Positions 1 to 9,128 of a DNA stretch of 64,000 nucleotides are shown here, one piece after another. This stretch comes from Actinomycetota bacterium (GTDB lineage Bacteria; Actinomycetota; CADDZG01; WHSQ01). A program made the translations under genes and the position numbers. The stretch lies in the NCBI GenBank assembly GCA_035629935.1, contig DASQLQ010000175.1, positions 3,606 to 67,605 on the forward strand, given 5' to 3'. Below the pieces are notes generated by a model, which was given only the letters and a program-made list of their open reading frames with translations, was not told the DNA's origin and made no database searches. The stretch's first letter is position 1. The number at the start of each line of letters is the position of its first letter.

Positions 1-69
1 GCGGGTCTTCTGAAGGAACGTGGGCCCCGACGATCATGCCCCGAAGGTACATGGCAAGATGCACCGATC

Positions 70-465
70 ATGAAACTGCTGAGAGACGTCGCCGTACGCC
101 ATCTACTCACGGTCGACCCCCAGGGTTCGCTACGTCGGGCCGCCCAGATGATGACCGACCGAGGAGTCGGATGCGCCGTCGTGATCGACAAGGAGAAAGT
201 CGCAGGGATCATCACCGAGAGGGACATCCTTCTTGCCGTCGCTCACGAGAAGAACGTCGATACGACCAAGGTCGAAGACGTGATGACCAAGGGCGTTGTT
301 TCCGGTGCCCCGGGGTGGGAGATCACTCGTGCCGTGAAGGCCATGACCGACGGTGGATTCCGTCACCTGCTCGTGACTGAGATGGACGACCCGGTAGGCA
401 TCGTTTCGCTACGAGACCTGATGGACTCGATGGCGGAGCTGGTTCAGTCTCAGACCTCGGCCTGA
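70..465 (+). CDS. CBS domain pair protein
   Basis: 131 aa; two CBS-like repeats (GIITERDIL, GIVSLRDLM motifs). Confidence 0.8.
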   Translation: MKLLRDVAVRHLLTVDPQGSLRRAAQMMTDRGVGCAVVIDKEKVAGIITERDILLAVAHEKNVDTTKVEDVMTKGVVSGAPGWEITRAVKAMTDGGFRHLLVTEMDDPVGIVSLRDLMDSMAELVQSQTSA

Positions 466-902
466 CCGGTCAGCGCGTCCAAGACGCGGTCCTGCATCCG
501 GCGCAAACGCCGGCGGAGAAACACCGCCAGGATCCGCCCGGAGAATCCGGTCGGCATGTCCGCCTCCAGCCGGCGAGTGACCAACGACCCCTCCTCTGAC
601 TCCTCCACGCGATAGAGGACGCGCATCCGAACCCCGACGACGACGTCCTCTACGAACTCTTTCTCGTCGGCGGACGTGGTGAGACTCGTTCCCTGGACGG
701 TGAATCCCAGCAGCCGAGCGCGGCCGGTCACCACATCCCCCTCGGCGAGCTTTTCCGGACCCTCGGTGGAGATGATCTCCGGCTGCCAGGACGGCCACGT
801 GCTCGGATCCATCACGCGTTGCATGACGGATCGAGGAGTCAAAACTGAGTGACGGGTGGACTCGACGACGAAGAGTCTGGAGACGGACCGATCCCGAGCC
901 AC
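450..902 (-). CDS. SRPBCC (polyketide cyclase/dehydrase-like) family protein
   Basis: 150 aa; size and pattern (VMDPSTWPSWQPEI...) typical of SRPBCC ligand-binding fold; convergent 16-nt overlap with the CBS gene. Confidence 0.55.
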   Translation of the reverse strand: MARDRSVSRLFVVESTRHSVLTPRSVMQRVMDPSTWPSWQPEIISTEGPEKLAEGDVVTGRARLLGFTVQGTSLTTSADEKEFVEDVVVGVRMRVLYRVEESEEGSLVTRRLEADMPTGFSGRILAVFLRRRLRRMQDRVLDALTGQAEV

Positions 903-939
903 GACCGCATCCTAGGTTCGACCCATTAACCTGCCTTCG

Positions 940-2436
940 ATGAGCAAACCTCACCTTGCCATAGCCGCCGGCAGCCGATTGGGTTGCCATGCCGCCGAGA
1001 AAGTGGCGCGCTCGGGTGGGAACGCGGTCGACGCTTGCCTGGCCTCGGCGGTCACCGGATGGGTGGCGGAACCGTTCTTCGCGTCGCTCGGAGGGTCTGG
1101 CTTCGTGGCCGTAGGCACTCCGGCAGGCGAAGTAGAGGTGATCGACGGCAACAACATGATGCCGCTCACCGTTCCCGACGAACCGGGCCAGGGGATGAAG
1201 CGGATCTTCCTGCCGGACTACGCGGACGGCCTCTACATGGGCATCGGCGGCGGGTCCGTTTCGGTGCCGGGCATCCTTAAAGCGGTTCATCGAGCATGGG
1301 AACGGCACGGCAAGATCGAGTGGGCGGCACTGTTCAGCGATGCGATCGACCTTGCGCGCTCCGGCTTCCCGTTCCCCAAGACCTCGGACTATTACCTCTC
1401 GTGTACGTGGGGCGAGATCTGGTCGAAGTACGACAGCTCGCGTTCGATCTTCATGGTGGACGACCGGCCGATGCGAGAGGGCGACACCCTCGTTCAGCCG
1501 GAGCTTGCCGAGGCCCTGGAAGAGGTCGCCTCGAAGGGCCCCGAAATCTTCTACAAAGGCTCCCTGGGTGCCGACGTCGTTGGATCTATCGCCGACGACG
1601 GAGGGTTCCTCTCTCTCGAGGACCTCGATGGCTACGAAGCCGAGATACGTGCCCCGATCACTACCGAAGCCTTCGGCTGGAAGATCGAATCCAACCCTCC
1701 ACCCGCGGTCGGCGGCGCGGTTCTGATCCACATGCTGGCCCTGATGGACGGCGCCAACCTGAGTGACCCGGTCGAGCGTTTGAGCGCGATCGTAGAAGCT
1801 CAGCGTGCTGCCGTCGGATACCGGCGCGAGCGTTACCAAGACGCGACCGGCATCGCGGCGGCATTCGAGGAAGCCCTTCACGACCTCGGCGCCAGGGCTC
1901 GAAGTGCATCCACGACGCACTCGTCCTCATCCGATGCCGAGGGATACGTCTGCTCACTGACCGAGTCCAATGGTTACGGCGCAGGATTGTCGGTCCGCGG
2001 GATCTTGCTCAACAACACACTCGGCGAGGAAGAGTTGAATCCCCTTGGGGCTCACCGCCTCCCACCGGGAGCACGAACGCACTCGAATATGGCGCCGACG
2101 ATCGCGCTGGGTCCCAACGGCACCGTGGCGATGGGTTCCCCCGGCGCCGACCGTATCGTCGGAGCCATCTCGCAAACGTTCCTGCACCTTGCCGTCGACG
2201 GAGCTCCGCTCGCTGAGGCAGTGGCGGCACCTCGGGCGCACCTCGACCCTCGCCAGGAGGGCGAAACACTGTGCTTCGAGCCCGGACTTCCGGGGGATCA
2301 GTTGGCCTATGCGCCGCGCCCCTACGACGATATCCATATGTATTTCGGCGCCGTGCAGGCGGCATCCGTTACGAAGGACGGAGACGTCGATGCAGCAGCT
2401 GATCCGCGACGCTCGGGAGGAAGCGCACTAGTCTGA
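940..2436 (+). CDS. ggt: gamma-glutamyltranspeptidase family protein
   Basis: 498 aa; GGT-like N-terminus (AGSRLG..GGNAVDA), autoprocessing Thr region (STTHSSSSD), GSPGADRI motif near C-terminus. Confidence 0.85.
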   Translation: MSKPHLAIAAGSRLGCHAAEKVARSGGNAVDACLASAVTGWVAEPFFASLGGSGFVAVGTPAGEVEVIDGNNMMPLTVPDEPGQGMKRIFLPDYADGLYMGIGGGSVSVPGILKAVHRAWERHGKIEWAALFSDAIDLARSGFPFPKTSDYYLSCTWGEIWSKYDSSRSIFMVDDRPMREGDTLVQPELAEALEEVASKGPEIFYKGSLGADVVGSIADDGGFLSLEDLDGYEAEIRAPITTEAFGWKIESNPPPAVGGAVLIHMLALMDGANLSDPVERLSAIVEAQRAAVGYRRERYQDATGIAAAFEEALHDLGARARSASTTHSSSSDAEGYVCSLTESNGYGAGLSVRGILLNNTLGEEELNPLGAHRLPPGARTHSNMAPTIALGPNGTVAMGSPGADRIVGAISQTFLHLAVDGAPLAEAVAAPRAHLDPRQEGETLCFEPGLPGDQLAYAPRPYDDIHMYFGAVQAASVTKDGDVDAAADPRRSGGSALV

Positions 2437-2463
2437 CGACTAAGTCTGGTTAAGGAGGAAATC

Positions 2464-3066
2464 GTGGCACGGTTGTTTTCGTTCAAGCCCAGCCTCACGT
2501 TCAAGGGTCGGAAGTTCAAAGGCATCAGGGGCTTCTCCGGTAAACCGTTCCACCCACCTCTCACCGACATCACCGTCGCGGCCTACTTCTTACTGGCGGC
2601 CTTCGACCTCGTTTCCTACGTCGCCTTCAAGATGGACCGTCTCGAGGTCGCGGCAGACTTCTACGTCTCCGCGACCAACGTGGTCCTGGCCGGCGCGATC
2701 GTCTCCGTTCCGACGATCCTCACCGGGTTCTGGGACTGGTTGAAGTCGACACCGAAACATTCCCAAGCTTGGCGAACGGCCAACGCTCACATGGCGATCA
2801 TGCTGACCGTTTCGATGCTAGTGGCGGCGAACCTCGTCATGCGTCTCGCTTACTACGGCGCCGACCTCAAATACCCGGATCTGACCATCCTCGTTCTGTC
2901 GTTGTTGATCGGTGGGCTCGTTTCGTGGGGTGCCGTCTACGGCGGGACGATGGTCTACGAATACGGGTTCAACGTCGAACAGGACTTCGATCACGCGTAC
3001 TCGGAATCCGAGGTCGACAAGTACCCCGGCCAGAAGGACACTCCTGCACAGGAGCCGAGTTCCTAG
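2464..3066 (+). CDS. DUF2231-like integral membrane protein
   Basis: 200 aa, GTG start 7 nt after AAGGAGG; HPPLTDI motif followed by 4 predicted TM helices. Confidence 0.5.
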   Translation: MARLFSFKPSLTFKGRKFKGIRGFSGKPFHPPLTDITVAAYFLLAAFDLVSYVAFKMDRLEVAADFYVSATNVVLAGAIVSVPTILTGFWDWLKSTPKHSQAWRTANAHMAIMLTVSMLVAANLVMRLAYYGADLKYPDLTILVLSLLIGGLVSWGAVYGGTMVYEYGFNVEQDFDHAYSESEVDKYPGQKDTPAQEPSS

Positions 3067-4040
3067 ACCGCGAACCTGATGTTGAGCACGTCTCCTTCTT
3101 GCACGACGTAGTCCTTGCCCTCGACGCGCAGTAGGCCCTTGGTTTTGGCTCCATCCCACGAACCGCTCTCGACCAGCTGCGCGTAGCCGACGACTTCAGC
3201 TCGGATGAAGCCTCGTTCGAGGTCGGAGTGGATCACTCCGGCTGCCTCAGGCGCCTTCGCGCCCCGGCGCACTTCCCAGGCCCGCGTCTCGTCTTCACCG
3301 GTCGTGAGAAACGTGATCAGGTCCAACGCGCGGTAACAAGCCGCTACGACGCGATCGAGACCCGGCTCCTCGATACCGAAGCCGAGCAGAAGCTCGCGAG
3401 CATCGGTGGGCTCCATCCCGGCGACCTCGGCTTCGAGCGCTGCACTGATCGCTAGCGCGTCGGGTAGGTCCGCCGACTCGGTATCGCCTTCCGCGACGTT
3501 GGCGACAACGACCCAAGGTTTGAGGCTAAGCGGCCCGAATCCCCTCAGGATCTTCAACTCGTCTCCATCGAAACCGCCATCGCGGAGAGGTCGCTCTTCC
3601 GATAGCAGCGCGTGGGCCTTCTCGAGAACGGCTACCTCGGCCGCCCCCTCACCCTTTCCCCTTGCTTTCTTCTTCGCCTTCTCCAAACCGCCTTCGACAC
3701 TGACCAGATCGGCGAGGACCATCTCCGTTTCGAGCGTGGCCAACTCGTCCTTGGGATTCGCATCACTACCGAACGCACGAACGACCATGCACAGCGCGTC
3801 CACCTGCCGGAACTCACCGATCCCCTGAGCCGTCAGTCCACCCGGGACATCGACGAACCGGACCTTGGCGGAGACGACCTTTTTCGAGCTCTCCTGATCC
3901 GACAGGACCTTCAACCGTTCGTCGGGGACCTCGACCACCGCCTGGTTGGACCGCCCCCCCACACCTCCGGAACGGGTCAACGCGGTGAACAGAGTCGATT
4001 TACCCGAGTAGGGCATGCCGACGATGCCGACGTCTTTCAC
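3063..4040 (-). CDS. ychF: redox-regulated ATPase YchF (Obg-like GTPase family)
   Basis: 325 aa; P-loop GMPYSGKSTLFTALT; C-terminal TGS-like GKDYVVQEGDVLNIRFAV. Confidence 0.9.
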   Translation of the reverse strand: MKDVGIVGMPYSGKSTLFTALTRSGGVGGRSNQAVVEVPDERLKVLSDQESSKKVVSAKVRFVDVPGGLTAQGIGEFRQVDALCMVVRAFGSDANPKDELATLETEMVLADLVSVEGGLEKAKKKARGKGEGAAEVAVLEKAHALLSEERPLRDGGFDGDELKILRGFGPLSLKPWVVVANVAEGDTESADLPDALAISAALEAEVAGMEPTDARELLLGFGIEEPGLDRVVAACYRALDLITFLTTGEDETRAWEVRRGAKAPEAAGVIHSDLERGFIRAEVVGYAQLVESGSWDGAKTKGLLRVEGKDYVVQEGDVLNIRFAV

Positions 4041-4082
4041 AGTTTCCTCCTACGCATGCGGGTGAGGGTAGCGTCCCTCGAC

Positions 4083-4853
4083 ATGGAGACGGGTCTCGAA
4101 GGCAAGGTCGTGTTGGTCACCGGTGGAGCAGGTGGCATCGGAACCGCCATCACCCGCGCATTCGCTGCCGAGGGGGCTGTGCCCGTTATCCACTACCGCT
4201 CGAGCGAGGAAAGAGCGCGCGCTCTCGAAAAGGAGACCGGCGGCTTCGCGCTACGAGCGGATCTAACGGTCGAAACAGAGGTCGAGGATCTCTTCGAGCA
4301 GGCGGTCGTGACTGCCGGGCGATTGGACATCCTCGTTGCGAACGCGGGTTGGTGGCCGTCGACGGACGAGCCGGTGTGGCAGATGTCAACGGACCGGTGG
4401 CGTCGAACCCTCGCGATCAATCTCGACGGAACGTTCTTCTGTTGCCGGGCCTTCCTTCGCCATGTCGAGAAGACGGGCAACGGCAACATCGTGCTCGTCT
4501 CGTCGACGGCAGGCGTCCTAGGAGAAGCAGGGCACGCGGACTACGCGGCGGCGAAATCTGCACTCGCCGGAGGCTTCTTGAAGAGTCTCAAGAACGAGAT
4601 CGTCCGCGTGGCCCCGGCGGGCAGGGTGAACACCGTGTGCCCCGGATGGACCCAAACCGAGATGACCAAGGACGAGCTGAAGGATCCGGAGCTCGTTCGG
4701 AAGATCACGCGCACCATGGCCCTAGAAAAAGTGGGGCAAGCGGAGGACGTAGCGCGCGTCGTCGTTGCCCTCGCGTCGGACGAGATCTCGGGTCACGTCA
4801 CCGGCGAAGTCATAACGGTCGCCGGCGGCATGGAGGGGAGATTGCTCCGGTAA
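4083..4853 (+). CDS. short-chain dehydrogenase/reductase (SDR)
   Basis: Rossmann motif VTGGAGGIG; YAAAK catalytic motif; ORF-track start 3612 rejected because it runs antisense through ychF. ATG 4083 chosen, 4056 also possible. Confidence 0.85.
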   Translation: METGLEGKVVLVTGGAGGIGTAITRAFAAEGAVPVIHYRSSEERARALEKETGGFALRADLTVETEVEDLFEQAVVTAGRLDILVANAGWWPSTDEPVWQMSTDRWRRTLAINLDGTFFCCRAFLRHVEKTGNGNIVLVSSTAGVLGEAGHADYAAAKSALAGGFLKSLKNEIVRVAPAGRVNTVCPGWTQTEMTKDELKDPELVRKITRTMALEKVGQAEDVARVVVALASDEISGHVTGEVITVAGGMEGRLLR

Positions 4854-4855
4854 AA

Positions 4856-4885
4856 GAACGCCGGCGGGCTCGGCCGTCGGCGAGA
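4856..4885. repeat. REP-like structured intergenic repeat, copy A
   Basis: GAACGCC flank + stem CGCCGGCGG / loop GCTCGG / CCGTCGGCG, between the convergent SDR and arginase genes. Confidence 0.7.
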
Positions 4886-4887
4886 CT

Positions 4888-5802
4888 TCAAAGGATACGC
4901 GCGCCCAGTGCACTGGCGGAGAGTTCGACCGCCAGCTGTCCGGTCGTGTCCGCGAGGTCGAGCACCGGATTGACCTCGACTACTTCCAACGACGTGAGCA
5001 CGCCGGAATCAGCGATCAGCTCCATCGCGAGATGAGCCTCTCTGTACGACAGGCCCCCGCGGACCGGGGTTCCTACCCCGGGGGCTATCTCGGGATCACA
5101 GACGTCGACGTCGAGCGATAGGTGGAAGAACGCAGCACCCGTAACGACCTCGAGAGCGGCATTGACGACGGTCGCCACGCCCTGGCGGTCGATGTCGGCC
5201 ATCGTGAAGACCTTGAGATCGAGCTCTCTGACCAACTCCTTCTCTCCCGGATCCATCTGCCGCACGCCGACGAGCGCGACGTGTTTGGGATCCACCCACG
5301 GGGGGCCATCGAATCCGTCGAGAGTGAAGCCGCACTGGTCCAGAGCGGCGGCGAGAGGCATGCCGTGCACGTTCCCCGTCGGAGAAGTGTGCGGTCGATT
5401 GAGGTCCCCGTGCGCATCGACCCACAACACGCCGCCCAGGCCGTAAACAGAATGCAACCCGGCGAGGGTTCCCATCGCGATCGAGTGATCGCCGCCGAGG
5501 ACCAAAGGCATCTCGCCGGCCTCGGCGATGGCAGCTACCCGTCGCCCTATCTGTGAACAGGTCGCAAGGATGGCCGGCAGGTAACGGGACTTCTCGTCAC
5601 TCTCGGGTGCGACCTCGGGGATCTCCGTTCCGACGTTTCCGTGATCGTCGACCTGAAACCCCAGACTCTCCAGGCGCTCGGCGAGACCCGCGTAGCGGAT
5701 CGCGCTGGGCCCCATGTCGACACCACGTCTGGTGCTTCCGAGATCCAGTGCCGCTCCCAGGATCGCAACGCTCTTGTCCAGCGTGGAACTATTCGAGCTC
5801 AT
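4888..5802 (-). CDS. rocF: arginase/ureohydrolase family protein (arginase-like)
   Basis: 304 aa; Mn-binding motifs GGDHSIAMG, WVDAHGDLN, SLDVDVCDP. Confidence 0.85.
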   Translation of the reverse strand: MSSNSSTLDKSVAILGAALDLGSTRRGVDMGPSAIRYAGLAERLESLGFQVDDHGNVGTEIPEVAPESDEKSRYLPAILATCSQIGRRVAAIAEAGEMPLVLGGDHSIAMGTLAGLHSVYGLGGVLWVDAHGDLNRPHTSPTGNVHGMPLAAALDQCGFTLDGFDGPPWVDPKHVALVGVRQMDPGEKELVRELDLKVFTMADIDRQGVATVVNAALEVVTGAAFFHLSLDVDVCDPEIAPGVGTPVRGGLSYREAHLAMELIADSGVLTSLEVVEVNPVLDLADTTGQLAVELSASALGARIL

Positions 5803-6712
5803 CGGGTTTCTTCGGGAAAGCCATGGACAACGCGATCGTTGCCGTGAGGACGACGGTGATCACACCCAACGACAAAAGTATCGGGATTTCCACATGGACG
5901 GCCTCTAACAGCATCTTGGTTCCAACGAAACCCAGGATCAGAGCTAACCCGTATTTCAGCAGATGGAATCGGTCGATGACGTCTGCCAGCAAGAAGTAGA
6001 GGGCCCTCAAACCCAGGATCGCGAACACGTTGGAAGTCAGGATGATGAACGGGTCGCGCGTGATAGCGAAGATGGCCGGTATCGAGTCGACGGCAAAGAC
6101 GATGTCGGTCAGCTCGATGAACAGAAGGACGATGAAGAGTGGAGTGGCCACGCGCTTTCCGTTCTCGACGGTGAAGAGTTTCTGGCCGTGGTACTTGGTG
6201 GTCGTGCGGATCCGCTTCTGCGCCCACTTGAGTATCGGATTGTCCTCGGGATGAACCTCGCTATGGCCGAACGCAAATCTGATCGCGGTGATGATGAGGA
6301 AGGCGCCGAAGATGTAGATGACCCACTCGAATCTCTCGATCAAGGCAACGCCGGCCGCGATGAAGATCCCACGGAAGATCATCGCTCCCAAGATCCCGTA
6401 GAAGAGCACCTGGTGCTGGTAACGGAACGGCACTTTGAAATAGCTGAAGACCAGCACGAACACGAACATGTTGTCGACCGACAGAGCTTTCTCGATCAGG
6501 AACCCGGTGAAGTACTGCGCACCGGCGGTGGGCCCTTTCCAAACGAGAACGATCACGCCGAAGACGACCGCTAGTCCTATCCAGATCGCTACCCACAACC
6601 CCGACTCCTTCGGAGTGGGATCGTGTTCGTCCGCGTGGAAGACCTTCAGGTCCACTAACAACATCGCGATCACGAAAGCGATGAAGGCCGCGTACAGATA
6701 CCAGGGGACCAA
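5789..6712 (-). CDS. TerC family integral membrane protein
   Basis: 307 aa; TTG start after GAGGAGG; LSVDNMFVF and DSIPAIFAIT TerC motifs. Confidence 0.9.
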   Translation of the reverse strand: MVPWYLYAAFIAFVIAMLLVDLKVFHADEHDPTPKESGLWVAIWIGLAVVFGVIVLVWKGPTAGAQYFTGFLIEKALSVDNMFVFVLVFSYFKVPFRYQHQVLFYGILGAMIFRGIFIAAGVALIERFEWVIYIFGAFLIITAIRFAFGHSEVHPEDNPILKWAQKRIRTTTKYHGQKLFTVENGKRVATPLFIVLLFIELTDIVFAVDSIPAIFAITRDPFIILTSNVFAILGLRALYFLLADVIDRFHLLKYGLALILGFVGTKMLLEAVHVEIPILLSLGVITVVLTATIALSMAFPKKPDELE

Positions 6713-6789
6713 CGTTCCTCCTCGTCACTTAGGGTCGCAGGCCATCGGCGGCGTCATACCTGCGCTGTTGATTCTCAGGGGAAGGATAG

Positions 6790-7689
6790 ATGACCTCATC
6801 AGGCATCCACCGTCATGAGGTAACCGGTGTGGCTTTCGCCGTTCTGGCCGCCGTCGCCTTCGGCACCTTGGCGATATCGGCGAAACTCGCCTACCGCGCC
6901 GGGGTCGAGGCCTTGCCGTTGCTCGCCGCGCGCTTCACCCTGTCGGCGATCCTCCTTGCGGCATACAACCGGGCTCGAGGGATCAAGATCTCCGTGGACA
7001 AACGTCGTTTCACGCGATTGATCTTCGGTGGTGGGTTCCTATACGGGCTGGAGGCATCTCTGTTCTTCTCTGCGCTCACCCGAGCACCGGCTGCCGTGGT
7101 GGGTCTCGTCTTCTACAGCTATCCCATCTGGACGACCCTCCTCGGCTTCATGATGCGCATCGAGCCTTTCCGCTGGAGCACGATCGCGGCTCTCGTCCTG
7201 GGAGGGAGCGGGGTCGCGTTGGTGTTCTCTCTGCCGGAAACGTCTCTCGCGGGACCTCTGCTGGCAGTCGCCGCGGCGATCATGGTCGCGATCTATCTGA
7301 TCTACATGCAGCTGGTACTACGCGACGTCGAAGCTTCGGTCGCCGCGATGTGGACCACCGCGGGGAGCGCCGTCGCCTTCATCGCTGCAAGCCTCGTCAC
7401 CGGTCAGAGTTTCCCGGCCGCGGCGATCGGACCTTCCCTGTCGCTTGCGTTCGCTTCGTCCATCGCGTTTGTGGCCCTCTTCCAGGCGATCACTCGTATC
7501 GGCTCGGCGAGGTCGTCGATAGCTGCGATGCTCGAACCGGTCACCACGTTGATCCTGGCTGCGATCTTTCTTGGCGAGGAGCTCGGCCCCCGCATCCTCC
7601 TCGGGGGTGCATTGATCGTGGCGGTCCTGCCCGTCCTGGCCGCCTCGGGCAGAGAGGAAAGTGGGATGCCGGCGGCCGACACACTCTAG
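6790..7689 (+). CDS. EamA/DMT family transporter
   Basis: 299 aa; about 10 TM helices in two EamA-like halves. Confidence 0.8.
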   Translation: MTSSGIHRHEVTGVAFAVLAAVAFGTLAISAKLAYRAGVEALPLLAARFTLSAILLAAYNRARGIKISVDKRRFTRLIFGGGFLYGLEASLFFSALTRAPAAVVGLVFYSYPIWTTLLGFMMRIEPFRWSTIAALVLGGSGVALVFSLPETSLAGPLLAVAAAIMVAIYLIYMQLVLRDVEASVAAMWTTAGSAVAFIAASLVTGQSFPAAAIGPSLSLAFASSIAFVALFQAITRIGSARSSIAAMLEPVTTLILAAIFLGEELGPRILLGGALIVAVLPVLAASGREESGMPAADTL

Positions 7690-8627
7690 GGATCGAGGAT
7701 CGAAGCGATCTCGTCGAGGTTCTTGGCCTCGAGCTCCACCGATCCGGCGCCTGCGTTCTCTTCGACGTGCTCGGGCGACCGGGAGCCGGCGATCGCTCCG
7801 GTGACACCGGGCTGGTGCCACACCCACGCGAGCGCAAGCTGCGGCAACGTGATCCCGAGCCGGTCGGCGATCGGACGTAAAGCGTCGACCTTCTCGAGGT
7901 TCTTCTCGTAGTTCCCAGGAGAGAACAGGGGCTCGTAGTAGTGGTCGAGTCCTTGCTTGCCACTGCGCCAGTCGTCATCGGAGAACTTCGTGTCCTTGTC
8001 GAAGACACCCGTCAACAATCCGTAGGCGAGAGGGCCGTAGCAGATGATGCCGATCCCCTTGGATTCGCAATAAGGAAACAGGCTGGTCTTCACGCGCTGG
8101 CGAAGCATCGAAAACTGGGGCTGGAGCGAGTCCACATGTCGCACCGCCTCGCACCGCTCGAGCAGATCCACCCCGAAGTTGGAAACGCCGATGTAGCGCA
8201 CCTTGCCTTCGTCGACGAGAGCGGCGCAGGCCTGCCACGTCTCCTCGATCTCGATCGACTCATCCGGCCAGTGGAGCTGGAAGAGATCGATCACGTCGCG
8301 ACCTAGTCGCTTCAGGCTCGCTTCGGCGGCCGCTCTGATCTCGTCGGGGGCAAATCCTGTTCCCCCGGGCTTCGGGGCCACCTTCGTGAAGACCATCGCC
8401 TCCGGCCGGCCCTTGACCGCTTGGCCGACGAGCTCCTCCGACCGGCCGCCGCCGTAGACCTCGGCCGTGTCGATCCACGTGATGCCGTTATCCAGGGCGA
8501 CCTGCATCGCCCTGATCGTTTGTTCGTCCGGCGGGTTCTCGCCCCACCCCATGCCCCCGGCCTCCCAGGCGCCGAACCCGACGACCGATATCTCCGGTCC
8601 ATCACTTCCAAGCTTTCGTTTCTGCAT
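7686..8627 (-). CDS. aldo/keto reductase
   Basis: 313 aa; GFGAWEAGG, IDTAEVYGGGRSEE, LQPQFSML motifs. Confidence 0.9.
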   Translation of the reverse strand: MQKRKLGSDGPEISVVGFGAWEAGGMGWGENPPDEQTIRAMQVALDNGITWIDTAEVYGGGRSEELVGQAVKGRPEAMVFTKVAPKPGGTGFAPDEIRAAAEASLKRLGRDVIDLFQLHWPDESIEIEETWQACAALVDEGKVRYIGVSNFGVDLLERCEAVRHVDSLQPQFSMLRQRVKTSLFPYCESKGIGIICYGPLAYGLLTGVFDKDTKFSDDDWRSGKQGLDHYYEPLFSPGNYEKNLEKVDALRPIADRLGITLPQLALAWVWHQPGVTGAIAGSRSPEHVEENAGAGSVELEAKNLDEIASILDP

Positions 8628-8629
8628 AT

Positions 8630-9079
8630 CTAGCCTCCCAATTTGGCGTGGTTCCAGGACGCGACCCGTTCGAGAGTCAGAACGATGCCCTTGCGTTTGC
8701 CCGCCTGTCGTCTGATCTCGACCTCGGGCCCCTGCACTGCGAGGCCCGTAGCGGGCAACGTGTAGCGCTCGTAGAGCCTTACCCCGATCGCGTAAACATC
8801 ATCGACGTCTTCCACGAGCCGTGCCTCACCTCGCACGAGGATGCCCCGCAGGTTCGCGTACGTCGTGCCTTCCTCGACCATGAATGCGCAACGAGCATCA
8901 CGCTCGACGTTCCGCACCTTTTGACTCTTGGCGTAAGCCCACATGTGAACCTCCCCCGGCGAACCATCCACGAAGGCGAACCACATGCCGGTGAGATGAG
9001 GGAATCCGTCGACCCCCAAGGTCGATAGCGACGCAGTCAGTGGGGCATCCAGAAAACCTGCGATCTCTTCCCTCGACAT
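8630..9079 (-). CDS. PPOX-class (pyridoxamine 5'-phosphate oxidase-like, probably F420-dependent) split-barrel protein
   Basis: Start moved to ATG 9079 (MSREEIAGFLD..LSTLG.DG.PH), a typical PPOX-family N-terminus; upstream extension is low-complexity. Confidence 0.7.
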   Translation of the reverse strand: MSREEIAGFLDAPLTASLSTLGVDGFPHLTGMWFAFVDGSPGEVHMWAYAKSQKVRNVERDARCAFMVEEGTTYANLRGILVRGEARLVEDVDDVYAIGVRLYERYTLPATGLAVQGPEVEIRRQAGKRKGIVLTLERVASWNHAKLGG

Positions 9080-9105
9080 CGATACGTCTACGCGCGGGCT
9101 CACGC

Positions 9106-9127
9106 GGCGCACTCTATAGAGTGCGCC
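9106..9127. promoter_or_regulatory. perfect 22-bp palindrome (operator or RNA hairpin candidate)
   Basis: GGCGCACTCTATAGAGTGCGCC, ends 1 nt before ATG 9129, in a 49-bp divergent intergenic region. Confidence 0.6.
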
Positions 9128-9128
9128 G

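Noticed and set aside
409-1920. 503-aa ORF on the minus strand, antisense to the GGT gene
   Set aside because: Arg/Gly/Pro-rich low-complexity translation with no motif. This is the typical stop-poor shadow frame of high-GC DNA, and the plus-strand GGT reading has clear family motifs.
3612-4082. N-terminal 157-codon extension of the SDR ORF
   Set aside because: It runs antisense through ychF and has no SDR-like sequence. The Rossmann motif begins right after ATG 4083.
6713-6789. Possible yybP-ykoY (Mn2+) riboswitch upstream of the TerC gene
   Set aside because: Only 77 bp is available before the divergent EamA gene, and I could not find the conserved GGGGAGUAG/UUGACA-type elements. A strong RBS directly precedes the TTG start.
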